This document shows positions 46,653-56,258 of a DNA stretch of 64,000 nucleotides, in pieces. Position numbers and translations under genes: made by a program. The DNA comes from Fidelibacterota bacterium (GTDB taxonomy: Bacteria > Fidelibacterota > Marinisomatia > Marinisomatales > JABMOV01). Where the stretch lies: NCBI GenBank assembly GCA_013203145.1, contig JABMOV010000021.1, positions 10,059 to 74,058 on the forward strand, written 5' to 3'. Under the pieces are notes generated by a model that did not search any database, was not told where the DNA came from, and saw nothing but the letters and a program-made list of their open reading frames with translations. The first letter of the stretch is position 1. Every line of letters starts with the position of its first letter.

Positions 46653-48491
46653 CTATTTTCCAATAACTCCTAGAGTCAAATCAAACACTTCAGCATGCAG
46701 GGATTCAGATTGCTTCACCAACAGATCGGCTTTTTTCTTCATTTCTTTTGCAAATAATGGATCGTCTGACATTCCGGCTATATTGATTAAAACATTGAGC
46801 ACGGCTCCACGAACTGCGGCATATCCAACTTCATTTGCCACACCCGCATCACTCACGGAATTTGGATTTCCTTTTACAACGATTTCTTTGGCACATTCCA
46901 TCATTTTGAAGGAGAGTTCAGCTACTTCCATTGGAACCTCTACCGCATAGCGGTTAGCAATGACGATGGATTCACTCTTAGCCGTTTTCTCTTGTTCAGT
47001 GCTTGCTGGCAGTCGATTTGCTGACATAACCCGATTGAATGCATGTGTATCTTCGTCCACCAGGAAAACCAGCCTATCCTTGATCCGTTGGGCTTCCATA
47101 CCAATTACATCCATTCTCGATTTTGAGTCAAAATATCCTTGTTTCTCGTGGGTTAATGCTGCCACCATGGATGTCAACGCTGCGCCCAGACTACCTGCCA
47201 ATGCTGCTACACTTCCGCCACCGGGTGCGGGACTATTTGTTGAGCATTCCCTGATGAAATCTGTCACGGATAAACCCATTAATGGTCCAGTTTTCCCTGC
47301 ACCAACAGCAAAATCAATTATTTTTTCATGAACATTGAACGGTGCAATTTCATTCAATCCCAAGGATTGGATCGCCGTCTCAACAATCACATCTTGCGGG
47401 ACGCCTGTAGTTCGCTGTTGCTTATTCAAATAATGACGTCCAGCCATTAACATGGCCTCAAGTGGAACAAGTCCAACCAATTCACTCCCCGTGACACGAA
47501 CGCCTCGTTTTTCCGATATTTCACAGGCTTTGTCAAAAACATCATGAATTGTGGAATTTTTATAATTTGTAAAATTTATAGATATCTGTGCACGGTTAAA
47601 TTCATCAATGTACCAACCAATGGCTTTAACATCTTTGAATAATCCGGGTTGCTTCACAGATTTCCCAATCAAATCATCTTTTGAGTATCCGATGGATTTC
47701 CAGTATGTGTGAATATCAAAATCATGAGTATCAGTACTATGGCTTGTCAAGCTACCAGTATCAGTAAATGTTTCATCACAAAAAGAACAGGGGAAGTTTC
47801 CTTCTTTATATCGAATTATTTTGCCATCCAGATAATTTTTAGAATTTGGATGCTGTTCGCGAATAGTTCTTCCCTTTTCACGCAATTCGAATGCGATATC
47901 GGTGGCTAAACGCTTATCCCTGGTGTTGAGATTAATATTGTATGCAATGAGAAACTCACGACATCCAATAACCGTCGCACCAGCTTTACTATTCATTTTT
48001 GCCGGTCCAAAATCCGGAGCCCAATGTGGATTTTCAAGTTTTTTTGCCAGTCCCTCGTATTCGCCTTCACGAATGATGGCCAAATTGGTTCGGTCAGGTT
48101 TTTGAGCTGAATGTTCATAAAGATAAATGGGAATGCCCAATTCTTCTCCCACTCGTTTTCCAACGCGTTTGGATATTTCAATACAATCTTCAACGTCTAC
48201 ACCACTCACAGGAATAAAGGGACATACATCGGTGGCACCCATCCGCGGGTGAGTACCGCTATGTTTGCTCATGTCAATGAGCTCTGAAGCTTTTTTGATA
48301 CCACGAAACGCTGCTTCTTCTACCTCAGCAATATCGCCAACAAATGTTACAACTGTACGATTGGTGTCTTTCCCCGGATCAACATCTAACAGGGTGATCC
48401 CTTCTACGGATTTTATTTCATCGGTGATTGCGGTAATGATTTGAGTATCACGACCTTCACTAAAATTTGGAACGCATTCAATTAATGGCAT
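46653..48491 (-). CDS. ftcD: Glutamate formimidoyltransferase / formimidoyltetrahydrofolate cyclodeaminase (bifunctional) with an inserted C2H2 zinc-finger-like segment
   Basis: 612 aa. MPLIECVPNFSEGRD start, KAIGWYIDEFNRAQISIN, and a cyclodeaminase C-terminal half. There is an extra segment of about 65 aa after ELREKGR. Confidence 0.88.
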   Translation of the reverse strand: MPLIECVPNFSEGRDTQIITAITDEIKSVEGITLLDVDPGKDTNRTVVTFVGDIAEVEEAAFRGIKKASELIDMSKHSGTHPRMGATDVCPFIPVSGVDVEDCIEISKRVGKRVGEELGIPIYLYEHSAQKPDRTNLAIIREGEYEGLAKKLENPHWAPDFGPAKMNSKAGATVIGCREFLIAYNINLNTRDKRLATDIAFELREKGRTIREQHPNSKNYLDGKIIRYKEGNFPCSFCDETFTDTGSLTSHSTDTHDFDIHTYWKSIGYSKDDLIGKSVKQPGLFKDVKAIGWYIDEFNRAQISINFTNYKNSTIHDVFDKACEISEKRGVRVTGSELVGLVPLEAMLMAGRHYLNKQQRTTGVPQDVIVETAIQSLGLNEIAPFNVHEKIIDFAVGAGKTGPLMGLSVTDFIRECSTNSPAPGGGSVAALAGSLGAALTSMVAALTHEKQGYFDSKSRMDVIGMEAQRIKDRLVFLVDEDTHAFNRVMSANRLPASTEQEKTAKSESIVIANRYAVEVPMEVAELSFKMMECAKEIVVKGNPNSVSDAGVANEVGYAAVRGAVLNVLINIAGMSDDPLFAKEMKKKADLLVKQSESLHAEVFDLTLGVIGK

Positions 48492-48502
48492 TTTTCCCTC
48501 AA

Positions 48503-48640
48503 TTATTGAGTGGTTGCAATTGTAAATAAATATTTAATTAGCCAAAGAATAGCAATGGCCATTCCTGCAAGCCAAGTGATTGATCGTCCTTTTTTATGAC
48601 GATCCGGTAATAATTTTCGAAATTTAATCTGTCGTGTCAC
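48503..48640 (-). CDS. Possible 45-aa single-TM membrane peptide
   Basis: My own translation: MTRQIKFRKLLPDRHKKGRSITWLAGMAIAILWLIKYLFTIATTQ. Its GTG overlaps the upstream TAG by 1 nt and it fills the otherwise empty 148-nt gap. No homology evidence. Confidence 0.3.
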   Translation of the reverse strand: MTRQIKFRKLLPDRHKKGRSITWLAGMAIAILWLIKYLFTIATTQ

Positions 48641-49269
48641 TATACTCCGGCAAATAGAAGCATAAAGAAATTAATGAACGGACTCATGATCATCCAAAGG
48701 GGAGAAATTTTTGTGAAATATCCTATTAAAATGAGCCCAAAAAGAATTTGCGGTCCATACATTTGCAGTTTATATACTAATTTCGGATTCTTTCGGATCA
48801 TAAACCCGTTGAAAATCTGAGATCCGTCCAACGGCGGAAGAGGAATCATATTGAACATTGCTAACATAATATTTATCTGAATAAATATGTATAACATTGT
48901 ACCCAGTGTTCCATGTTCCATCCCACTTGCAATGGCAACCCTGAAAATTGTACCACCGATAAAAGCCAACAGTAAATTGGATGCCGGACCAGCCGATGCC
49001 ACAAGCATCATGTCTTTTCTGGGATTCTGAAAATTATGTGGATTTACAGGAACTGGTTTAGCCCAGCCAAATCCTACAAATAATATCATGATTGAACCCA
49101 TGGGATCAAGATGAGCAAGCGGATTCAACGTTAGCCTTCCCTGTTGAGCAGCGGTATCATCCCCAAGTTTATGGGCAACCCAGGCATGGGAAAATTCATG
49201 AAAAACCAGTGCAAATACCAGCACTGGAATTAATAAAACTAATACTTCGATTGGGAGTCTAAATAACAT
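48640..49269 (-). CDS. Site-2 protease family (peptidase M50) membrane metalloprotease
   Basis: 209 aa, multi-TM, HEFSHAWVA (HExxH). Confidence 0.85.
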   Translation of the reverse strand: MLFRLPIEVLVLLIPVLVFALVFHEFSHAWVAHKLGDDTAAQQGRLTLNPLAHLDPMGSIMILFVGFGWAKPVPVNPHNFQNPRKDMMLVASAGPASNLLLAFIGGTIFRVAIASGMEHGTLGTMLYIFIQINIMLAMFNMIPLPPLDGSQIFNGFMIRKNPKLVYKLQMYGPQILFGLILIGYFTKISPLWMIMSPFINFFMLLFAGV

Positions 49270-49304
49270 TGATTATCTCTTTATTTTAAAAACGGGGGGT
49301 GAAT

Positions 49305-50198
49305 TTACCACCGGGGATGAAAAGTTTTGTGAACTTCTTTTAGGTATTCTTTATCAAGATGCGTATAAATCTGCGTAGTTGAAATATCAGAATGTCCAAG
49401 CATTTCCTGTACGGCTCTAAGGTCCGCTCCGCCTTCCAATAAATGGGTGGCAAATGAATGTCTAAATGTGTGTGGACTAACCGGTTTTTGAATTCCAGCA
49501 ATTTTTGTCCATTTTTTTAAAATATTCCAAATCATCATTCGCGTCAGGGGCTTACCATTTCTGCTCAGAAATACATTGGTTTGATTTGGGCTATGCTTTG
49601 TAAAGTGAGGTCGGGCATGGAGTTGATACGTGATTAATCGTTCCAGACCTTTTGGTCCAATGGGTACAAATCGTTCCTTATTCCCTTTTCCAAGGATTCG
49701 CAACATTTCAAGTTCTTCCAAAATACCGGATTGCTTCAATTCACAGCATTCGGATACGCGCAATCCTGACGAATAGAGTATTTCCAGTGTTGCTATGTCC
49801 CGCATCCCAAGTTTTGTGGAAGTGTCCACCGCTTCCAAGATTCGGTCTACTTCTTCAATGGTTAATACTTTGGGTAGTTTTTTGGGGATTTTCGGTGCAT
49901 TCATGACATCCATGGGATTTTGATCAGCAAATTTCTCTTCAACTAAGAAATTATGGTACGATCGAATGGACGAATAAGCGCGAGTCACTGAAGAAGGTGC
50001 TAACCCAAGAGTGGAAAGAGCTCGAATAAATTGTCTAACGTGGGTATGTTGAATGGACTTTACAGTCCGTACGCCCAACTCGGTTTCGATATATAACAAA
50101 TAACGATTTAAATCTCGTTTATAAGCATCAATGGAATTGAGAGAGAGGTTTTTCTCTACACGTAATAATATTATGTAATCTTTGAGATAGGTTTCCAC
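49305..50198 (-). CDS. xerD: Tyrosine recombinase XerC/XerD family
   Basis: 297 aa. N-terminal SAM-like domain; C-terminal R...HxxR...Y catalytic set (HTFRHSFATHLLEGGADLRAVQEMLGHSDISTTQIYTH). XerC versus XerD cannot be resolved here. Confidence 0.8.
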   Translation of the reverse strand: METYLKDYIILLRVEKNLSLNSIDAYKRDLNRYLLYIETELGVRTVKSIQHTHVRQFIRALSTLGLAPSSVTRAYSSIRSYHNFLVEEKFADQNPMDVMNAPKIPKKLPKVLTIEEVDRILEAVDTSTKLGMRDIATLEILYSSGLRVSECCELKQSGILEELEMLRILGKGNKERFVPIGPKGLERLITYQLHARPHFTKHSPNQTNVFLSRNGKPLTRMMIWNILKKWTKIAGIQKPVSPHTFRHSFATHLLEGGADLRAVQEMLGHSDISTTQIYTHLDKEYLKEVHKTFHPRW

Positions 50199-50214
50199 AA
50201 CGGGAACCTGCTAT

Positions 50215-50784
50215 TTAGGAAAGCTCTTTTTCTACAATTTCACAAAGAATGTGACCGACAAGAATGTGACCTTCTTGAATATGCTGTGTTTCATCACTGG
50301 GAATTTTTATTGCATAATCAGCTAATGGACCAACTTTACCGCCGGATACACCGGTAAATACGATCGTTGTAACGTCCATTATTTTTGCTAATTGAACAGC
50401 TTCAATAATGTTTCTTGAATTTCCACTGGTAGTAATTCCAATGAGTACATCACCGGATTTGCATAATCCCTCTACTTGACGTGAAAAAATGGTATCAAAA
50501 GATGTATCATTTCCCCAGGCCGTAATAAAAGAAGTATCGGTAGTAAGTGAAATGGATCGAAATGCAGGTCTGTGATGGTCGTGAAAACCGCCTACTAATT
50601 CTGCTGAAAGATGTTGGGCTTGACCGGCACTTCCGCCATTACCACACCAGTAAACTGTATTACCATTCTTCAAACAATTAATAACGACACCTATTACATT
50701 TTCAATATCTGATACGCAATGCGTAAGTATTTCTTGCGTAGTGGAAATGTTATTTTGAATTTTATTTTCTATAAATGTTCGCAT
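50215..50784 (-). CDS. gmhA: D-sedoheptulose-7-phosphate isomerase (SIS domain)
   Basis: 189 aa, CGNGGSAGQAQHLSAEL... Confidence 0.85.
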   Translation of the reverse strand: MRTFIENKIQNNISTTQEILTHCVSDIENVIGVVINCLKNGNTVYWCGNGGSAGQAQHLSAELVGGFHDHHRPAFRSISLTTDTSFITAWGNDTSFDTIFSRQVEGLCKSGDVLIGITTSGNSRNIIEAVQLAKIMDVTTIVFTGVSGGKVGPLADYAIKIPSDETQHIQEGHILVGHILCEIVEKELS

Positions 50785-50805
50785 AATCTATTTAGGATTT
50801 CAAAG

Positions 50806-51567
50806 TCATTTGGTATGAATGGCATCAGCAAATGATTTCATCAATCCGCTTCCGGATTCTGATTCAATTACTGTTCCAGTTACAATAAAATCAGCACCAG
50901 CTTTTACTTTTTCGGCTGCTTGCTCGGGTGTTTTAATTCCACCGCCAACGATCAATGATACATCGGCATTTTGTTTCACTCCGCTAATCAGATCATTGGA
51001 TACTGGGTATTTTGCTCCACTACCCGCTTCCAGATAAACCATTTTCATCCCAAGATATTGTGCGGCTAAAGCGTGAGCAATGGCAATATCTGGTCGATTA
51101 TTTGGGATTGGCATGGTTCCTGACATGAATTCTACAGTTGTTGTAGTTCCGCCATCTATTAACAGATAAGCTGTGGGAATTGTTTCAATACCGGCATCTT
51201 TGACCAGGGGAGCAGCGATTACCTGTTCGCCTATTAAATAATGGGGGTTTCGTCCAGATAAAATGGACATAAATAACATGGCGTCATAATGACTGTTTAG
51301 TTGATTCACACCACCTGGAAAAAATATTACAGGGATATGGGAAAGTTTCTTGATCATCTCAACGCGGGTGTGATATTTACCGTCCATCATGAGACTGCCA
51401 CCAACAAAAATTGCGTCTACATCATTTTCATTCGCTGTCTGGACACGATCCTCTATGGATTCGGCATTTTTACGATCAGGATCAATTAATACAAAATAGC
51501 CTGCTCCACGTTCATTTTTTACGTGTTTTAGATAATCAAAAACATTACTTGAAATATCATTCCACAT
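50806..51567 (-). CDS. Geranylgeranylglyceryl/heptaprenylglyceryl phosphate synthase family (PcrB/GGGPS, group II-like)
   Basis: 253 aa. LIDPDR, FFPGG, YLEAGSGA and VGGGIKT motifs of the TIM-barrel GGGPS family. The start shares a base with the gcvH stop. Confidence 0.85.
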   Translation of the reverse strand: MWNDISSNVFDYLKHVKNERGAGYFVLIDPDRKNAESIEDRVQTANENDVDAIFVGGSLMMDGKYHTRVEMIKKLSHIPVIFFPGGVNQLNSHYDAMLFMSILSGRNPHYLIGEQVIAAPLVKDAGIETIPTAYLLIDGGTTTTVEFMSGTMPIPNNRPDIAIAHALAAQYLGMKMVYLEAGSGAKYPVSNDLISGVKQNADVSLIVGGGIKTPEQAAEKVKAGADFIVTGTVIESESGSGLMKSFADAIHTK

Positions 51568-51941
51568 TAGGATTTGATGAGTTCCTCATATGCATCTGAT
51601 GATAATAAGTCTTCCGGTTCTCCATTAATTTCAATTTTAACAAGCCAACCCTTTCCATAGGGGTCCAAGTTAATATTATCAGGGGCATCTTCGATGTCTT
51701 CATTGACTTCAGTGATTGTTCCATTTACGGGCGAAAATAGATCCGCAACTGTTTTTACAGCTTCAATGGTACCAAAAGGATCTCCAATAGCAACATCTTG
51801 ACCTACCTCAGGAAATTCTACAAAAATAATATCTCCCAATTCGCCTTGGGCAAAATCCGTAATACCAATGGTCATAATTTTCCCGTCAATTTTTGTCCAT
51901 TCATGATCTTTTGTGTATTGCAAATTTTTTGGTACGTTCAC
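51567..51941 (-). CDS. gcvH: Glycine cleavage system H protein
   Basis: 124 aa. YTKDHEWTK...EAVKTVADLFSP, the lipoyl-lysine motif. Confidence 0.95.
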   Translation of the reverse strand: MNVPKNLQYTKDHEWTKIDGKIMTIGITDFAQGELGDIIFVEFPEVGQDVAIGDPFGTIEAVKTVADLFSPVNGTITEVNEDIEDAPDNINLDPYGKGWLVKIEINGEPEDLLSSDAYEELIKS

Positions 51942-51949
51942 TATTTCCT

Positions 51950-53314
51950 CTACTCATTATCTATTGGTGGATTGTATTCAAATGTTTCAAGAAAACTGGT
52001 GTCAAACTCGCCAGATTGAAATTGTTTATCAGCCATAATAGCACGATGAAATGGGATGGTAGTTTTTACACCTTCGATGATCGTTTCTTCTAATGCTCGT
52101 TGCATGCGATTAATAGCACGTTGGCGATCACTGGCATATACAATTAGTTTACCAATCATTGAATCATAATACGTCGGAATATCATACCCGGCATAAGCAT
52201 GAGAGTCTATTCGTACACCCTTTCCACCAGGCATATGATAAATCGTTATTTTCCCAGGTGAGGGTGAAAAATTCCTAGATGGATCTTCAGCATTAATCCG
52301 ACATTCAATAGCGTGACCACGGAGTTTAATATTTTCAAGAAATGCAGGATATTTTTCGCCAGCATGCATTTTAATTTGTTGCTTGATTAAATCAACACCA
52401 GTAACCATTTCTGTAATGGTATGCTCCACTTGGATACGAGTGTTCATTTCCATAAAATAGAAATTTTTATGTTTATCTAATAAAAACTCAATAGTACCTG
52501 CGCCACAGTAACTTACGGCTTTTGATGCTCGTACGGCCATCTGACACATTTCATTACGCAATGCATCATCCACCGCAGCAGATGGAGATTCTTCAACTAA
52601 TTTCTGGTGACGGCGCTGAATAGAACATTCTCTTTCTCCAAGAGCAACTACGTTACCAAACATATCTCCTAATATTTGAACTTCGATATGCCGTGGATTT
52701 TCAATGAATTTCTCCATATACATGTCGCCGTTGCCAAAAGCAGTGCTTGCCTCAGCATGTGCAGTGCGATATGCCAAATGCATTTCTTCAGGTTTGCGAA
52801 CTAGTCGCATCCCTCTACCACCACCTCCAGCGGATGCCTTGAGCATAATTGGGTATCCCATTTCTTCTGCAAGCTCAAGTGCTTCTTCAGGATTTTCTAT
52901 AAGTCCATCGGAGCCAGGAATTACAGGGACACCTGCCTCTTTCATCGTTATTTTTGCCTGAGCCTTATTTCCCATGGCATCGATGATATCGGGCGTTGGT
53001 CCTAAAAAGGCAAAGTCATTTTCAGCACATATACGTGAAAAATTGGCATCTTCTGCTAGAAAACCATACCCGGGATGAATCGCATCTGCATTGGTGATTT
53101 CACCTGCAGCAATAATCCTTGGAATGTTAAGATAACTATCAGCACTGGGACCTGGGCCGATACAAACTGCTTCATCGGCAAATTTTACATGAAGAGATAA
53201 ACTATCAGCTGTGGAATAAACCGCAACGGTTTTGACGCCCAATTCATGACACGCTCGAATAATACGAAGGGCAATTTCCCCACGATTTGCTATGAGGATT
53301 TTTTTGAACATCAA
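51950..53314 (-). CDS. accC: Acetyl-CoA carboxylase biotin carboxylase subunit
   Basis: 454 aa, [18 protein letters not shown]..., ATP-grasp. Confidence 0.95.
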   Translation of the reverse strand: MMFKKILIANRGEIALRIIRACHELGVKTVAVYSTADSLSLHVKFADEAVCIGPGPSADSYLNIPRIIAAGEITNADAIHPGYGFLAEDANFSRICAENDFAFLGPTPDIIDAMGNKAQAKITMKEAGVPVIPGSDGLIENPEEALELAEEMGYPIMLKASAGGGGRGMRLVRKPEEMHLAYRTAHAEASTAFGNGDMYMEKFIENPRHIEVQILGDMFGNVVALGERECSIQRRHQKLVEESPSAAVDDALRNEMCQMAVRASKAVSYCGAGTIEFLLDKHKNFYFMEMNTRIQVEHTITEMVTGVDLIKQQIKMHAGEKYPAFLENIKLRGHAIECRINAEDPSRNFSPSPGKITIYHMPGGKGVRIDSHAYAGYDIPTYYDSMIGKLIVYASDRQRAINRMQRALEETIIEGVKTTIPFHRAIMADKQFQSGEFDTSFLETFEYNPPIDNE

Positions 53315-53776
53315 TTATCCGTTTGGTTCTACAATAAATAATGGTTGATTGTATTCAACGGGTTTACCATCTTCAATAAGAATCTTTTTAACAACCCCAT
53401 TTATTTCAGATTCTATTTCATTCATGATTTTCATGGCTTCAATAATACACAATGTATCGCCTTTTATAATTTGATCACCTTCTTTGACAAATGAATCGGA
53501 GTCAGGTGATGGGGAGCGATAAAAAGTACCGGGCATAGGAGAAATTATTTGTTCTCCAAGGATTGATTCACTACCCATCGTTTCGGTGAGAGATTCGGCG
53601 GTTGTTGTCGCTCCGGATACAACTGTAGGTGAAGCACTTGCTAAACCAGTTGTTATTCCAGGTGACTTCACAACCCTAAATCTACGTCCACCCCAAAAAG
53701 TAATGTCCAGCTCATTCATATCGCTGTTTTCCAGCAAATATATAATTTCTTTTACTTTATCCTGCCACTTACTCAT
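53315..53776 (-). CDS. accB: Biotin carboxyl carrier protein
   Basis: 153 aa. EAMKIMNEI biotinyl-lysine motif. Confidence 0.93.
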   Translation of the reverse strand: MSKWQDKVKEIIYLLENSDMNELDITFWGGRRFRVVKSPGITTGLASASPTVVSGATTTAESLTETMGSESILGEQIISPMPGTFYRSPSPDSDSFVKEGDQIIKGDTLCIIEAMKIMNEIESEINGVVKKILIEDGKPVEYNQPLFIVEPNG

Positions 53777-53788
53777 ACTTAGGCCCTT

Positions 53789-54346
53789 TTATGCTTTAGA
53801 AACACGTTCCAGGTATTCTCCTGTACGAGTATCAATCTTCAAGATATCGCCTTCATCAATAAAGAGAGGAACATTTACGGTATAACCAGTTTCAAGTGTC
53901 GCTGGTTTTGTTGCACCTGTGGCTGTATTCCCTTTCATACCTGGTTCAGTAGCTGTGACTTCCATTTGTACGTGGGCAGGTAACCTAACATCAATGACTT
54001 CATCACCATCAAAAAGAAGATCAGCATTCATACCAGCTTTGAGGAATTGTTTTTCTTCCCCGAGGCTAACATTTAATTGATCAAAGGTTTCATTATCCAT
54101 AAAAACGCTTTGGTCACCATCTTCATACAGATATTGCATCATCTTTGCTTCGACGCGAATAAACTCTACCCGTGCACCAGCATTAAATGTATGGTCAATA
54201 AGTTTCCCTGATTGGATATCTTTTAACTTTGTACGGACGAAAGCACCACCCTTACCGGGTTTTACGTGTTGAAAGTCCACAACTCTCATGCGCTTGTCTT
54301 TAAATAACATTACTGCGCCATTGCGGATATCGGCTGTTGTTGCCAT
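53789..54346 (-). CDS. efp: Translation elongation factor P
   Basis: 185 aa, ...VKPGKGGAFVRTKLK... Confidence 0.95.
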   Translation of the reverse strand: MATTADIRNGAVMLFKDKRMRVVDFQHVKPGKGGAFVRTKLKDIQSGKLIDHTFNAGARVEFIRVEAKMMQYLYEDGDQSVFMDNETFDQLNVSLGEEKQFLKAGMNADLLFDGDEVIDVRLPAHVQMEVTATEPGMKGNTATGATKPATLETGYTVNVPLFIDEGDILKIDTRTGEYLERVSKA

Positions 54347-54430
54347 AGAATCTCCTTTTAATAAAAGCCGGATAATTTACTTACGCCAACCGGGACTTCA
54401 AATTTATGATTACAGGAATCATTCATTGAT

Positions 54431-55360
54431 TCAAGCATCAACCTGATTGGCTTCTGATTCAAATTTCCACATCGGGATTGTATCCTTGATAAACTGATTT
54501 GCCCAATCAACATCACGATGCATCGTGGCCAAATCAGGAATATGTTTGGCATATTTTGTCAAATCAGACCGTTTTAATAATAACATCCATTCTTCGAACA
54601 TATTATCAGAAAATTGAAATAAATTTTTGTGCGCAATAATTTCCTCAGTTGTCATTTCTAAAGTACGGACATATAAACACCGTTCAATATATTCACGCAA
54701 AATGTGTGACAAAATTGTATACGAATTTTTAATATCCGTTAAATCTGATTTTTTTAATTCATTCAATCGCTTCAGAGCCCATCTATCTGGTTCTATAAAA
54801 TCAATTAGATTTTCAGGAAATTGTATTTTATGAATCCTTTTACGCCATAAATAAAGTATTCCACCAATCAACAAGAGTATAATCGTCAATAATAATATTA
54901 TTCTCCATGGAATGGGTTTTTCAACGGGGACCGGTGGTTTAATGGGCTTAAGACCCGGTTGATCGGTAGGTGTGACAACTGAATAAATTGTAATAAACAT
55001 TGGATCAGATTTGAAAGACATATCAATTGAACTATCAGGATTGATAATATCTAATGTAAATGATGGAATAATTTGTTGTCCAGTATCCCAATAGACAATT
55101 TGAAACTCCGCACCGCTAATACTATTTTCTTCTTCCAGCAGGAAAACCGATCGCACTTCTCCTTCAGGAATAATCAACGTAGGGAGTGACAGGGATTGAT
55201 TTGTTAATCCTCCAATGGATATAGTATAGTGAAATATGTCCCCAACACGTCCGGCAGTAGTATCTAATGAAGTATCGAAAACGATATTACCTTGGGACTC
55301 AAATTCACCTGCACATCCAACAATAACCATTACAATTAAAATATAAGGGACGATTCGCAT
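54431..55360 (-). CDS. Membrane-anchored protein of the MoxR/DUF58 cluster (DUF4381-like?)
   Basis: 309 aa. Lipoprotein-like start (IVGCAG), beta-rich ectodomain, mid-protein TM (ILLLTIILLLIGGILYLW) and a helical C-terminal domain. It occupies the position that DUF4381 has in Bat operons. Confidence 0.5.
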   Translation of the reverse strand: MRIVPYILIVMVIVGCAGEFESQGNIVFDTSLDTTAGRVGDIFHYTISIGGLTNQSLSLPTLIIPEGEVRSVFLLEEENSISGAEFQIVYWDTGQQIIPSFTLDIINPDSSIDMSFKSDPMFITIYSVVTPTDQPGLKPIKPPVPVEKPIPWRIILLLTIILLLIGGILYLWRKRIHKIQFPENLIDFIEPDRWALKRLNELKKSDLTDIKNSYTILSHILREYIERCLYVRTLEMTTEEIIAHKNLFQFSDNMFEEWMLLLKRSDLTKYAKHIPDLATMHRDVDWANQFIKDTIPMWKFESEANQVDA

Positions 55361-56235
55361 TAATACCGTTTCTCCCTACGACGAAAATAATTCATTATGG
55401 GTTCGATATAATCCTCTTTGGTTGAAACAGGAATTAAATCGAATCGGTTCTTTTTGCATCTTTTAATGAATTCTTCTTGAATTGACTTCTGGATTTTCAC
55501 AAACTCATCCCGATCTTTTTTAGACGATGCATCAATCCAAAATTCTTCGTCTGTCTCAGGATCATGTACTTTTACTAATCCAAGATTTGGCATATCCATT
55601 TCTACTGGATCATAAATTTGAATCCCAATCAGATCATGCTTACGATTTACAATTTTCAATGATTGCCAATATGATTCGTCCATATAATCTGAAATAATAA
55701 AGATGACGCTCCTGCGCTTTGCCACTTTTAAAATAAAATCTAACGCTTTTGTAAATGAAGTGCCTTTGCCCTCAGGTTTATAAAATAATAGTTCTCGAAC
55801 CAAACGAAGAACATGACTTCTTCCCTTTTTGGGTGCGATATATTTTTCAACCTCATCGCTGAATAAAATTGCGCCTACTTTATCATTATTTTTAATGGCA
55901 GAGAAACCCAAGACTGCTGCAATTTCAGTTCCCAACTCTAGTTTAAATTGATCTCCAGATCCAAAACTTCCGGATCGAGATACATCGACGACGAGGTATA
56001 CTGTGAGTTCACGTTCCTCTTCAAATATTTTCACATAAGGTGAGCCATACCGTGCTGTAACATTCCAATCAATGAGTCTAATATCGTCACCAGGGACATA
56101 TTCACGAACTTCTGAGAATGTCATACCCCGACCTTTAAATACAGAATGATACTCACCACCAAACAGATCGTTTACCAATCCTTTGGTCCGAATTTCAATA
56201 CGACGTACTTTTTTTAGAATTTCTCTGGGTATCAT
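55360..56235 (-). CDS. DUF58 (VWA-like) protein
   Basis: 291 aa. FKGRGMTFSEVREYVPGDDIRLIDWNVTAR, the DUF58 signature. Follows moxR. Confidence 0.88.
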   Translation of the reverse strand: MIPREILKKVRRIEIRTKGLVNDLFGGEYHSVFKGRGMTFSEVREYVPGDDIRLIDWNVTARYGSPYVKIFEEERELTVYLVVDVSRSGSFGSGDQFKLELGTEIAAVLGFSAIKNNDKVGAILFSDEVEKYIAPKKGRSHVLRLVRELLFYKPEGKGTSFTKALDFILKVAKRRSVIFIISDYMDESYWQSLKIVNRKHDLIGIQIYDPVEMDMPNLGLVKVHDPETDEEFWIDASSKKDRDEFVKIQKSIQEEFIKRCKKNRFDLIPVSTKEDYIEPIMNYFRRREKRY

Positions 56236-56258
56236 CGTTCAGTGAATATCCCTGTGAA

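Noticed and set aside
49305-50198. The tyrosine recombinase as the missing integron integrase for the cassette-like element.
   Set aside because: At 297 aa it has the typical XerC/D domain layout and is too short to hold the extra IntI-specific segment. It sits in a housekeeping operon (gcvH-GGGPS-gmhA-xerD) about 18 kb away and does not diverge from an attI or cassette array.
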